DNA from: an uncultured delta proteobacterium | GTDB lineage: Bacteria > Desulfobacterota > Binatia > UBA9968 | Assembly (NCBI GenBank): GCA_963847445.1 | Contig: CAWJZV010000028.1 | Span: 1-64,000, forward strand | DNA length: 64,000 nt | Direction of reading: 5' to 3' | The notes under the pieces: model-generated | What the model was told of the DNA's origin: nothing | The model's database searches: none | Seen by the model: only the letters and a program-made list of their open reading frames with translations | Position numbers and translations under genes: made by a program | In this document: positions 27,806 to 37,692 of the stretch, one piece after another | How the letters are laid out: every line of letters starts with the position of its first letter | How positions within the stretch are numbered: the stretch's first letter is position 1

Positions 27806-27877
27806 CGATCTCTCTCCCGTATAATCAACAGCTCGATTCTCGATCCAAAAAAATCGCTAAGGAGAATTCTTGCGTAG

Positions 27878-29242
27878 TTACGGCCCGACTTTTACCGCCG
27901 TCACATCGCCTTTCGCGCCAAGACCCAGCGTCAAGGGCAGCGTCACGTAATGGCGCCGGTTGGACACCGTGTCGTCGAAGATACCAAAGCCAATGGGATA
28001 GGCAGTTCCCAGTTTCAAAACTTTGTCGTCAGCTTGCCCAGTGTTCAATTTGCGCCGCAGTTCTACGACCCAATGTCCGTCGGCGTACCGCCCAAATGCC
28101 TGGACATCCGCAGCACTGCCGTCGGGCTCGCGTAACAGATACTGCGGCAATAGATCACCGACGGCAAACTTCGCGTTCGGGTCAATCGCCACCGCGTTCT
28201 TCTTCTCGACAAGTGCCTGCTGTCCCATGCGGGTCTGGAGTTGCGACTCAGGAATGGCCCGGAAGCCGGCAAGCTTCTCGTCGTACATGAACTGTGGTTT
28301 CGGCGGATTAAAAAACGGCGAGCGGCCGGCATCGCCATTGCGATATTCCATGACCCAATCGTCGCTGGCGTAGCCGATAGCGTTAGAGCGAGCGGCGCGC
28401 CATTGCCAGAGCTCGAGGAATTTTCCAGCGGACTTGAGTTTAGCCAGATCCGCCGCCGGCTTTAGTTTATCCCATGCGCCGGCATCATCTTGCGCGGTCC
28501 GCGTAATCAACAAATATTTTCTGATGTCGCCGACCCGCCGGCCCTTGGCGCCCCAGTATGGATGTGGGTCAATCGCCTTTCTGGGAACGTCGTTGGGCAT
28601 GGCGCGCATGCTATTGTGACAAGTCATCCAACATCCGACCTGGGAAAAGGTCGCGCCGGCGCCATCGTAGGCGGGCACATTATTCGGCTCATCCAATATA
28701 ATCGCCAGCCGGTCCTCGTAGCTGGGAAGGATCCCCTTCTTGGTCGCTTCGGGCTTCTCTCCGCCCCACGCTACCCACTGCTTGCCGTCATAGCGCCACA
28801 GCGTGTGCATCGCATGGGGTGCTTGAGTCGGCCAGCGGAACTGGAAGTAAACGAACTCGGTGTCGTAGGCTGCGCGAACTGTCAGGTCAATGGCGGGAAT
28901 CTTGCCGGCGATGGGATCGCTCTCGCGCGGGCCAGCTTGAACCAACTTGGCCCCGAGCGCTTTTTCTTGACCCGCGTGACAGGTGACGCAGCCCGTCTCT
29001 ATCGCCGGGGCACCCGGATGAGCCGCGCTCGTCAAGTATTGCCATGAAGTCTGGCCGGGGTAGAACAACGTGACCGTCTTAGCCGGGATCTTTTCCCAAT
29101 CGCCCGGAAAACCAAAAAGCCTCGGTCCGGTGATCTCATAAGGCGCAACGCCAAGCACGGCGCAGCTGCCGATCAGCGCACCAAACGCCAAAAGAAAAAC
29201 TGCCGGCCCCGTCCAAATAAACTTATATCTCTTCACCTTCAC
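27878..29242 (-). CDS. Ethylbenzene-dehydrogenase-related (EB_dh/DOMON-like) c-type cytochrome, probable lipoprotein
   Basis: TLFYPGQTSW, CVTCH, YEDRLA, GCWMTCH, LWQWRAARSN, WVVELRRKL; LIGSC lipobox-like. Confidence 0.75.
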   Translation of the reverse strand: MKVKRYKFIWTGPAVFLLAFGALIGSCAVLGVAPYEITGPRLFGFPGDWEKIPAKTVTLFYPGQTSWQYLTSAAHPGAPAIETGCVTCHAGQEKALGAKLVQAGPRESDPIAGKIPAIDLTVRAAYDTEFVYFQFRWPTQAPHAMHTLWRYDGKQWVAWGGEKPEATKKGILPSYEDRLAIILDEPNNVPAYDGAGATFSQVGCWMTCHNSMRAMPNDVPRKAIDPHPYWGAKGRRVGDIRKYLLITRTAQDDAGAWDKLKPAADLAKLKSAGKFLELWQWRAARSNAIGYASDDWVMEYRNGDAGRSPFFNPPKPQFMYDEKLAGFRAIPESQLQTRMGQQALVEKKNAVAIDPNAKFAVGDLLPQYLLREPDGSAADVQAFGRYADGHWVVELRRKLNTGQADDKVLKLGTAYPIGFGIFDDTVSNRRHYVTLPLTLGLGAKGDVTAVKVGP

Positions 29243-29343
29243 CCCTCCGCCATTTTCTACGATAAACTCAAGAACCGTTACATCCGCGGCTTAAGAACTG
29301 CCTCAATCCTATTAAAAATTCCCGTTCGAGATGGTTATTGATT

Positions 29344-29391
29344 CTTATAACATCGGCCGGGAAAAGAAATCCATGGGTCAATCGGCCCACG
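29344..29391 (-). promoter_or_regulatory. Operator palindrome plus putative -10 element, copy B
   Basis: Same 19-mer (29373-29391) and cttataacat (29344-29353) as copy A. Confidence 0.65.
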
Positions 29392-29392
29392 A

Positions 29393-29863
29393 CTATCGAT
29401 TAACCGCGCTATCGCGCTCGAACTTACGTAGCGCACACCCCGACGTGGAGTGATGCGGACAGCTATCGGCAGCGAGTCCGTATATCGCCACCTCGACTCG
29501 ATTACGCAATCCCAACTTACTGAGAATTTTTTCTAAATGACGCTTGACGGTTGCCGGACTTATACCCAGAACCGCGGCGATTTCTTTGTTGGTCTTGGCC
29601 CTGGAGACCAGGCTGAGTACTCGCTGTTCGGCGGCGGTGACCTTTGGCGCCAGCGGCACAGCGCGCATTCCACCGGCTGCCGATTCACTCCGAGAGTCGG
29701 CAGCACGATCAACCTCTCGGAACGACCTCGAGCGCGTCAATTTCGCCTCGGTCAATTTCGTAATTGTGGAATTCAATCTCAATGTCATATGCGTTTTCCA
29801 TCCAATCCGGCCCATTGATATCGGCATACCGCCTGCGGCCCGGCTAAAAATCAGGCGCATCAT
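29393..29863 (-). CDS. LuxR/NarL-family HTH regulator without receiver domain (true start possibly 29668)
   Basis: TAAEQRVLSLV...TNKEIAAVLGISPATVKRHLEKILSKLGLRNRVE. Confidence 0.8.
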   Translation of the reverse strand: MMRLIFSRAAGGMPISMGRIGWKTHMTLRLNSTITKLTEAKLTRSRSFREVDRAADSRSESAAGGMRAVPLAPKVTAAEQRVLSLVSRAKTNKEIAAVLGISPATVKRHLEKILSKLGLRNRVEVAIYGLAADSCPHHSTSGCALRKFERDSAVNR

Positions 29864-29888
29864 TCGCCCTAACGGCGGGTGTCATCGA

Positions 29889-30515
29889 CTAACGCTTCTT
29901 GAGATCGACGCTGAGCGCAAAGACCTCGCCATCGCGGACAAGCTCGATGTTGTCGCTTCTGACCTCGAGATTGGGATACCAAATCTCGACACGCACCTTG
30001 CCCAAGGGTACGTTTTTGATCTCGTAGTTGCCCCGGCTATCAGTCGTAGAAAAAAACGGGTGATCTTTCACGACAACGAAAGCTTCCATATTCGGGTGGG
30101 CGTTACACAAAATGCGCGCAACGCCGGGCTTGTCGAATTTCTTACTTCGAGTCTTGCCTGATGCGTACAGACCGAGATCGAAATCGTTCGCGCCGCCTTT
30201 GGAATAAACGTTGTGCCAAGACTTGTCGTTGTTTGGAAAATCAACAGTCTCACCGGCCGTAATCGCTACCACCGTGGGAATAAACTTAAGGTTGCGTTGA
30301 TCGATGATTTTTTTCTGCGGCTTGGTGTGCGTCATCTGGGTTTTTATCTGGTCCTGCGCAAGACCTTCGATCGAGACCACGGCATCAGGGGCCGGTTTGC
30401 CGCCGACAGTAATCGTGCCCTTGACGATTCCAAAGCCACTCGCATCCGCGGCGCGCGCAGCCGAAGGCAGACCGATAAGCACGCCGACCAACAACCACGA
30501 CATTAAGCTGTTCAT
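29889..30515 (-). CDS. Exported cupredoxin-like / carboxypeptidase-regulatory-like domain protein
   Basis: Signal peptide; FPNND..WHNV; CNAHPNM. Confidence 0.75.
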   Translation of the reverse strand: MNSLMSWLLVGVLIGLPSAARAADASGFGIVKGTITVGGKPAPDAVVSIEGLAQDQIKTQMTHTKPQKKIIDQRNLKFIPTVVAITAGETVDFPNNDKSWHNVYSKGGANDFDLGLYASGKTRSKKFDKPGVARILCNAHPNMEAFVVVKDHPFFSTTDSRGNYEIKNVPLGKVRVEIWYPNLEVRSDNIELVRDGEVFALSVDLKKR

Positions 30516-31252
30516 TTTTTAACCTCGGGTTTTGGCACTAGGGCGAAATCCACCTTGTGAGTGGCGCCCGCTTTGACTTCAATCTGTTTCTCCTCCGTTC
30601 CCAACAGCTCGTGCCACATTTTCAGGCGGTAGATTCCGGCGGGAATATCATTGATCAAATACTCTCCGTAGGCATCCGTAACTGAGTGGTAGGGATGATC
30701 TGTAACGACGATGTAAGCGCTCATCCACGGATGAACCTCACAAAGAATTTTTACCAAACCGGGCGTTACCAGGGGCTTTCGGCTGGTCCTTCCGGGGTAC
30801 ATCCCGACATTAAACTGCGGCTGATCGCGCAGGAAAAATGCATGAGCCGTATGGAGGATCGGGTCCGAATTCTTGAGCAGCAGAAACTGCCCGATGCTTG
30901 CCGCCGATACGTGGGGAACGAAACGACATCCTAAATTGTCTATCTCGTGAGCCGACTCTTTTTCCATGGCTATGCCTTTGGTAATCCCCTCTAAGGTCAC
31001 AACGGCATAGCGAAGCCCCTGTCCAGCTCCGACGACAAGAGTTTCGTTGGGCACATTCCTGCAGACTTCCTTGGCTTTAGTGATATGAACGGGCGGCAGC
31101 TTCGGAACCTTGCCTTCCAACTTGACGGTGCCTCGAATTGTCCCGCCGTCTTTGACGACAATTTCGTCGTACGCGAGAAGCGCACGAGGGAGAGCGACAC
31201 ACAACACGACTGCTAAGCTGAAACCGGTCAGTAAAATGATTTTGTTCTTCAT
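30512..31252 (-). CDS. Exported cupredoxin-like / carboxypeptidase-regulatory-like domain protein (paralog)
   Basis: Signal peptide; CRFVPHV, NSDPILH, CEVHPWM, WHELLG. Confidence 0.75.
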   Translation of the reverse strand: MKNKIILLTGFSLAVVLCVALPRALLAYDEIVVKDGGTIRGTVKLEGKVPKLPPVHITKAKEVCRNVPNETLVVGAGQGLRYAVVTLEGITKGIAMEKESAHEIDNLGCRFVPHVSAASIGQFLLLKNSDPILHTAHAFFLRDQPQFNVGMYPGRTSRKPLVTPGLVKILCEVHPWMSAYIVVTDHPYHSVTDAYGEYLINDIPAGIYRLKMWHELLGTEEKQIEVKAGATHKVDFALVPKPEVKK

Positions 31253-31269
31253 GATGACCTGTCACATGT

Positions 31270-31284
31270 GCAAAGCCCATACCA
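31270..31284 (-). promoter_or_regulatory. sigma54 -24/-12 promoter
   Basis: Minus strand TGGTAT-GGGCT-TTGC. Confidence 0.6.
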
Positions 31285-31409
31285 TCCGATCACGCTGACT
31301 CTTAGTGATTTTTGATTCAATCTTGGCTGGTCGATTGGCAAATCTAGTAATCGCCCATTGATCCCGTATTGGAAATTGGTGATTGGCAATCATCCCGCCA
31401 CGCATCGCA

Positions 31410-33335
31410 CTAGTCCTTGCTAACTTCAGCCCCTTCACTTTCCACCGCGCTGAAGTTCTTTTTTTTGTCCCTAGCCCGCTCGATGCTCACGACTTTCAAT
31501 ATCGCCTGTAACTCCGGCCGCTCGACGACTTCCTTCTTCAACAGCAGTTGCGCCAATTCTTCCAACGCCGGCCGGTGCGCCGCCAGGATTTCCTTTACCT
31601 TCTCGTGGCAGGTAGTGAGGATCTGTTTGACCTCGGCGTCGATCGCCCGCGCGGTGTCGTCGCTATATTCCCTGGTGCTCGGCATCGGGACCGGTAAGAA
31701 CAGCGGCTGGCGCGGTCCTTCCAGCGATACCAGGCCCAAGTTCTCGCTCATGCCGAACTGGGTCACCATTGTCCGCGCGATCTCGGTGGCGCGCTGCAAA
31801 TCGTTCTGCGCGCCGGTGGAGACGTCTTCGAAAATCATCTCTTCGGCGACCCGCCCACCGAGCAGTACGTAAATGCGCCCGAGCAATTCCGTGCGCGTCA
31901 TCAGGTAGCGATCTTCAGTCGGGGTTTGCTGGGTGTAGCCAAGTGCCGCGAGACCACGCGGAATGATCGAAATCTTCGACACCGGATCGGCGCCGGGAAC
32001 CAGCTCCGCGACCAATGCATGGCCCGACTCATGATAAGCTACGGTTTTCTTTTCCTTAGGACTCATCACGCGGCTTTTCTTCTGCAAGCCGGCAACGACT
32101 CGTTCGATCGCCTCGTCGAAATCGCTCGCCTCCACCGATTCTTTGCCCTGGCGCGCCGCCAGCAACGCGGCCTCGTTAACGATGTTCGCCAAGTCGGCGC
32201 CGACAAATCCCGGCGTCTTGGCAGCAACGATAGCCAAATCGACGGCGGGCGAGAGTTTTATTTTTTTGGCGTGGAGCTGGAGGATTTTCTCGCGACCTTT
32301 GACATCGGGCCGGTCGACCAGCACCTGACGGTCGAACCGTCCTGGACGGAGCAGCGCCGGATCGAGAATCTCCGGCCGATTGGTCGCCGCCATCAAGATC
32401 ACGCCTTTATTGGAGTCGAAACCGTCCATCTCGGCGAGCAGCTGATTGAGCGTCTGCTCGCGCTCGTCATGGCTGCTAAGCATGCTCATACCGCGCGCTT
32501 TGCCCAAGGCATCGAGTTCGTCGATGAAAATAATGCTCGGCGCGTGCTCGGCGGCCTGGGAGAACATATCGCGCACCCGCGCCGCGCCGACGCCGACGAA
32601 CATCTCGACGAAATCGGAACCCGAGATACTGAAGAAGGGCACGCCTGCCTCGCCGGCGACAGCGCGGGCCAGCAGAGTCTTGCCGGTGCCTGGAGGGCCG
32701 ATGAGCAGGACGCCCTTGGGGATATGGCCGCCCAAGCGCTGATATTTTTCCGGGTGTTTGAGAAACTCGACGACCTCGATCAATTCGTCCTTCGCTTCGT
32801 CGATCCCTTCGATGTCAGCAAAACTGACACCGGTGGATTTCTCGATATAGACCTTCGCCTTGCTCTTGCCGATTTGCATCAAGCCGCCACTGGCACCGCC
32901 ACCCATGCGATTGAAGAGAAAACTCCACAGCACGAAGAAAAGTAAGATCGGCACGACCCAGGAGAGCAGCGTCGGCAACCAGTCGCTGGAGACCTCCCCT
33001 TTGAATGGAACACCGGCCTCTTCGAGTTCGGCCGTGAGCCGCGGATCATCAACGCGCACGACCATAAAGGCCACCGGCTTTTTGGCAGCGTCGCCGAGTT
33101 CTGTGATTTTCTCCGCGGAAAATACTTCTTTCAGCCCCTCGCTCTTGATCATGCCGCCGATGGTCTGATCGCGCACCACCACTTCTGCAACCTGGCCTTT
33201 CTTGACCAGGGCCTTGAACTGGCTGTAGCTGATGGTTTCGACCGTTTTGGCGAGTAGCGCGAACTGCGCGAAAAACATCAGCCCCAGGGCGAGGATGAAA
33301 TAGATGACGGAAAAATCTGTTTTCTTCTTCTCCAC
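31410..33335 (-). CDS. ftsH: ATP-dependent zinc metalloprotease FtsH (GTG start at 33335)
   Basis: Two TMs, [26 protein letters not shown]. Confidence 0.95.
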   Translation of the reverse strand: MEKKKTDFSVIYFILALGLMFFAQFALLAKTVETISYSQFKALVKKGQVAEVVVRDQTIGGMIKSEGLKEVFSAEKITELGDAAKKPVAFMVVRVDDPRLTAELEEAGVPFKGEVSSDWLPTLLSWVVPILLFFVLWSFLFNRMGGGASGGLMQIGKSKAKVYIEKSTGVSFADIEGIDEAKDELIEVVEFLKHPEKYQRLGGHIPKGVLLIGPPGTGKTLLARAVAGEAGVPFFSISGSDFVEMFVGVGAARVRDMFSQAAEHAPSIIFIDELDALGKARGMSMLSSHDEREQTLNQLLAEMDGFDSNKGVILMAATNRPEILDPALLRPGRFDRQVLVDRPDVKGREKILQLHAKKIKLSPAVDLAIVAAKTPGFVGADLANIVNEAALLAARQGKESVEASDFDEAIERVVAGLQKKSRVMSPKEKKTVAYHESGHALVAELVPGADPVSKISIIPRGLAALGYTQQTPTEDRYLMTRTELLGRIYVLLGGRVAEEMIFEDVSTGAQNDLQRATEIARTMVTQFGMSENLGLVSLEGPRQPLFLPVPMPSTREYSDDTARAIDAEVKQILTTCHEKVKEILAAHRPALEELAQLLLKKEVVERPELQAILKVVSIERARDKKKNFSAVESEGAEVSKD

Positions 33336-33393
33336 AAGCTTCTCTTCAGCCCGTCTCACAGCGCGCGCTTGATCGCTCGCCAAGGTTAGGCGA

Positions 33394-33897
33394 TCAACTC
33401 TGATCCCACACCACCCGAACGAACTTGTTGTTATGCGACCAGTTGTAAGCGACCTTGCCGCCGCGCGCTTTGCGCAACGAACGACCCAAGCGCTGCGCCA
33501 GCTTCTCCGTCGTGGTTTCCACTCGCCAACCGTCGCCGGCCGCCGCCAGGAGCATGATCCGCTCCAAGGGGTTCTTTTCGCGCGCCTGCGCTTCTTCGTT
33601 GCGCAGCAGTCGCAGGATTTCACCGCGATCCCGTTCCGCCACTCCACGCAGATGCACTTCGCCGCTGACGGAATGGGCCTTGATCTTCTGGCATGCCGGA
33701 CAAAAAATCCCATGCTGCCGCGCCGATGGGCTGAATCCCGGCGGCGCGGTTAAGGTCCAGCGCCGCCGGTGATAGAAGGCGCCGCAACCGCTGCATTGAA
33801 TGATCTCCGCCGGCGATCGGCGCGGCAAGAATGTGTCGTGAAACACATCAATGCGCTTTTTATAGTTGGTGTTGTATTTCTTCGCTGCCGATCTCAT
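33394..33897 (-). CDS. BCAM0308 family protein
   Basis: CSGCG...RW...[33 protein letters not shown]. Confidence 0.8.
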   Translation of the reverse strand: MRSAAKKYNTNYKKRIDVFHDTFLPRRSPAEIIQCSGCGAFYHRRRWTLTAPPGFSPSARQHGIFCPACQKIKAHSVSGEVHLRGVAERDRGEILRLLRNEEAQAREKNPLERIMLLAAAGDGWRVETTTEKLAQRLGRSLRKARGGKVAYNWSHNNKFVRVVWDQS

Positions 33898-33907
33898 GAT
33901 CCGCTCC

Positions 33908-34231
33908 TTAGGTTTTGGCCGTCAGCGTATCGAACCACTCGCCCAGCGGGCCGCGGCTGACTTTGCGCACTACGCCTTCTAACTCGCCCCGGTCCATCCA
34001 TATACCGCCGCACTTATCGCAGCGGTCGAGAGCGAAACCTTCAAAGGTATAACTCTCCAAGTGGCCGGCACACTTGGGACAGCGCAGATCGATTACTGTT
34101 TTCTCGACTTTCTGTAGCTTCGCTTTGAGCTTCGCCATCAGTTCGCGGTCGCGCTCGGCAAAATAGATATCTTCCTTGGCACGCTCGACCAGTTTCATGG
34201 TTTCGCCGTAGCGATCCTTCTCGTCCGTCAT
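33908..34231 (-). CDS. zf-TFIIB-like zinc-ribbon protein
   Basis: EDIYF, CPKC...DRCDKCGGIWMDRGELE. Confidence 0.8.
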   Translation of the reverse strand: MTDEKDRYGETMKLVERAKEDIYFAERDRELMAKLKAKLQKVEKTVIDLRCPKCAGHLESYTFEGFALDRCDKCGGIWMDRGELEGVVRKVSRGPLGEWFDTLTAKT

Positions 34232-34266
34232 GACAGCACCTCCAATCGATCTTACTGATAAGCTGA

Positions 34267-34281
34267 GCAGATTTGGTGCCA
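34267..34281 (-). promoter_or_regulatory. sigma54 -24/-12 promoter (zf-TFIIB/BCAM0308/ftsH operon)
   Basis: Minus strand TGGCAC-CAAAT-CTGC. Confidence 0.7.
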
Positions 34282-34544
34282 GACCGGCGTCAGAGTTCCC
34301 TCAAGCGACGCTAGGTATTATCGCAGTCTAGTTAACCGGTGAGTTCGGGCGCATAGAATAATTCGCGAACTCGCGAAACCAGCCGGGTGCCTCTCTCAAG
34401 AATGACAAGATCAAGATAGAATCGCCCATCGACAGATGACAAAACCAGGGCATTCGTTTTGCGTAGATGAGAAATTAGGATTGCCACTACGCCGACAAAT
34501 GGTGATAGGAGCCGGCATGAACACAATTTCTTTTTTGCTTGCGC

Positions 34545-34559
34545 TGGCATAGCTTCTGC
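34545..34559 (+). promoter_or_regulatory. sigma54 -24/-12 promoter (FNT gene)
   Basis: TGGCAT-AGCTT-CTGC. Confidence 0.7.
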
Positions 34560-34643
34560 GGTTTTAACGACGAGTGGCTGCCGCGACCATCAGACCCCGG
34601 CGCCGCACTACAAAATTAACGCGCAACGAATCGAGAAACTGTA

Positions 34644-35504
34644 ATGGCGGAAATCTTCGGCTTCGATGCCTACGCCCCCAAAGAGGTCGCCGAGCGGGTT
34701 GAGACCGTCGGCGTCGCCAAAGCGCGCTTGCCGCTGCTTTCGCAGATCGCCCTCGGCGTCCTCGCCGGCGGCTTCATCGGTCTCGGCGCGCTCTATTTCA
34801 CGCTCGTCACCAGCGATGCGACTCTCAGCTTCGCCGTCAGCCGCGTACTCGGCGGCGTGGCCTTTTCGCTTGGACTGATCTTGGTGGTCGTCGCCGGAGC
34901 CGAACTCTTCACCGGCAACAATTTGCTTGTCATGGCCTGGGCAAGCCGTCGGCTCTCGACCAACGAACTGCTGCGCAATTGGCTGGTCGTCTTTTTCGCC
35001 AATTTCGCCGGCGCACTCGGCCTCGTCGGACTGGTCTATTTATCGAATCACTGGCAGATGAACGGCGGCGCGGTGGGAATCCAAGCGGTCAAGATCGCCG
35101 CGGCCAAAGCCGCGCTGCCTTTTGCCGAGGCGTTCTTTAAGGGCCTGTTGTGCAACATTCTCGTTTGCTTGGCTATCTGGCTCGCCCTCGCCGGCCGCAG
35201 CATCGTCGATAGGCTCTGCGCCATCGTTTTTCCGATCTCCGCCTTCGTCGCCGCCGGCTTCGAACATAGCATCGCCAACATGTACTTCATTCCGCTCGGC
35301 ATCTTGCTCAAGGACCATGTCCAGGCAGGCGGCGCCGAACAATTGTCATGGACCGGACTGTGGTGGAATCTCGCCCCGGTCACCCTCGGCAATATCGCCG
35401 GTGGCAGCCTGATGGTCGCGTTGGTCTATTATTTGTTTACCGCCGTTCGCCTGAACCTTGATCTCATCATGCGCCACATTTTGTTGGCTGGACACGGGAG
35501 CTGA
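34644..35504 (+). CDS. Formate/nitrite transporter (FocA/NirC family)
   Basis: GAELFTGN, LCNILVCLA, GFEHSIANMY, TLGNIAGG. Confidence 0.92.
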   Translation: MAEIFGFDAYAPKEVAERVETVGVAKARLPLLSQIALGVLAGGFIGLGALYFTLVTSDATLSFAVSRVLGGVAFSLGLILVVVAGAELFTGNNLLVMAWASRRLSTNELLRNWLVVFFANFAGALGLVGLVYLSNHWQMNGGAVGIQAVKIAAAKAALPFAEAFFKGLLCNILVCLAIWLALAGRSIVDRLCAIVFPISAFVAAGFEHSIANMYFIPLGILLKDHVQAGGAEQLSWTGLWWNLAPVTLGNIAGGSLMVALVYYLFTAVRLNLDLIMRHILLAGHGS

Positions 35505-35530
35505 CGAAGTAAATAGCTAGCAATGACCGA

Positions 35531-35675
35531 TTCCCCCTTTGAAAAAGGGGGATTAAGGGGGATTTGATGTGGTGTTGGGGGCGGGTTTTTCGCACTAGGT
35601 CGGTAATCCTCTGCGACGGTGGCGCCGCATGAAAGAAAAAAATCTCCCCTGGCCCCTCTTTTCCAAAGAGGGGAA
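35531..35675. repeat. Inverted pair of CCCCCTTT-NN-AAAGGGGG REP-like elements
   Basis: Copies at 35531-35565 and 35640-35675 in opposite orientation, between convergent genes. Confidence 0.6.
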
Positions 35676-35797
35676 TAGGAGAACTCGCCACGACTTGAGC
35701 CGCTAACCAAACTTCATCGCGTCTCCCACACCCGCCGTGTTCAGCCGAAACTTATGGTTAACAATGTGACCTTGATGGGGAATCGCGCTTGCGATCA

Positions 35798-37356
35798 TCA
35801 ATGGCGAGGGAGCCTTGTGCGCAGGAATTTTTCGCAGGCAACCGCCAGCGTATCGAGGGTTGCATCGGTGTCCAGCTCCAGACGGGCAGCCGCTGGGATA
35901 TCGTCCAGCGCTTCGAAGACATCCTTTTGTTGTTTATAGATTTCCCAGCGGCCATCCGACACATCCGTCCCTACGCGCCGCCCGTTGAGCCAATCGTTCT
36001 TGAGTAATATCATCTGAGACCAGGCAGTGAATCGCCAGCAAGGGAATCTGCTGCTTTTGCGCCAGACCGAGAATCTTTTGCCGCTGCGAACGTTTCATAA
36101 AAGTCCCATCGAGAATGACCCCGCGTCCGCTGAGGATCAGCTTCTCCGCCTCCCGGGCCATCTTCGCGTAGGTTTTCTCGGTCATGCCGGCGCTGTAGAT
36201 GCCCTGGTTGTACGGCGCCGGCTGGCGGCCCTGCTTTCCCGCCAGCTCTTTTCGCACAACGTCCGAATTGATCGTCGGCACTCCCGTGCGCGCGCTCAGC
36301 TCTCGCGCCAGGGTCGACTTGCCGCTGCCGGTCAGACCGCTGACGATGGCGATGAACGGCTGCGCCGGCGTCCAGGCCAGACGTGCCGCGTAGCGCGCAT
36401 AGCGGCTCGCGCCATGCGAATCCGCTTGCACCCCGCAAAGCGTAGACCTTGGCGCGCACCAGGGCGCGATAACATCGCCAAAACGGCAACAATTCGTCCG
36501 CCTCGGCATCGTCGATCGACTCGCGGTAGCGTTGGAGAAACGGCGCAACCAGGCTGTCGCCGCCGCGCACTTCTATATCCATCGATCAAAAAAGCGATTT
36601 CAGAGGCGAGATCGCATTGGCGAAATTTCGGCTCAAACTCGATGCAATCGAAGATCTGAATCCCTTCCGGGGCGAAACAAACATGTTCGGTGTGCAGATC
36701 GCCGTGGACATCGCGCAGCCATCCATTTGCCGCGCGCCGTTTGAGAGTCTCGCAGTGGCGCAGGAAAAACTCCGCGCCAAACTCTTCGATGGCATGGCAA
36801 TTCTCCGCATCGATGACTTGGCTTGAGGCCTGCGCCAAATCGGCAAGGTTGTCGTTCCATTGTGCTCGCACCAGCGCTGGATAGCGATCCGGCTCGATGA
36901 CCGGTGACGCGCTCCGCGTCGGTGTGAAAGCGTGCCAATAGTTCCGCCAACTCGCGCATCATCGCCGCCGTCACCTGGCCGGTGTCGAGAAGAAACGGCA
37001 GCATGCGTTTGTCCGGCAACCGGCGCATTACCAGCGTATACTCCGTCGGCTCGGCCCACCCACCCAGCCGCCAACCCAGATCGTCGAAGGTGATCGGCAG
37101 CACGCCGATGTACACTGACGGCGCCAAGCGCCGGTTGAGGCGCAGCTCTTCCTGAAGAAAATAACGGCGCTTCTCGACGGTCGAGTAATCGAGAAACGAG
37201 TAACGTACCGCCTTCTTCACCTTGTAGACCAGCTCATCGGCAAAGAAGATGTGCGAGATATGGGTTTCTTTGTGGCTCACGCATGGCCGGCGGTTTGGGA
37301 TAGAACTCCGGCTGCAGCATCGCCGCCACCAGCGAATCTTGGGCTTCTGTAGTCAT
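35798..37356 (-). CDS. Aminoglycoside-phosphotransferase-like + AAA_33 kinase (Rv2004c-like), frameshifted
   Basis: ETHIS, YKVKK, ELRLNRRLAP, RDVHGDLH, FDCIEF, YRALVRAKV, GLTGSGKS, SDVVRK. Confidence 0.85.
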
Positions 37357-37424
37357 CGATTTAGCGCTTGCAACTAATCCCGTGCGCCATCGGCTTCCCT
37401 CGCCAATCCATCCGAGAACCATCC

Positions 37425-37439
37425 GCAATAACAGTGCCA
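37425..37439 (-). promoter_or_regulatory. sigma54 -24/-12 promoter
   Basis: Minus strand TGGCAC-TGTTA-TTGC. Confidence 0.75.
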
Positions 37440-37692
37440 CGGCACCCCCGGCTTAAAGACAGCCCGGGTGGTAATCACATCCTGGGCCGAAGGCGGAGAA
37501 TCTCGTCCCCATAAGACCTTGAAAATGCGCGAAGTCTCCTCTTGCTCGGCATGACATCGCATAGGTTTGTGCGCGTCGGGCAAAGTCGCGGCAGCAGGGG
37601 AATTCTTGCAAAGCGGAAATACCACTCCGGCGATTTGCAGAAGATGGAATTCTGTTAGAGTGCGAACTTACGAGTCTAGGAGCGGACTTGAA

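Noticed and set aside
31330-31392. Heptamer-like runs (attggaa attggtg attggca; also 51128-51168)
   Set aside because: Short degenerate intergenic repeats with too few units to support a functional call
33335-33713. Long N-terminal extension on FtsH (767-aa ORF)
   Set aside because: Overlaps the BCAM0308 gene in another frame; probable start is GTG at 33335
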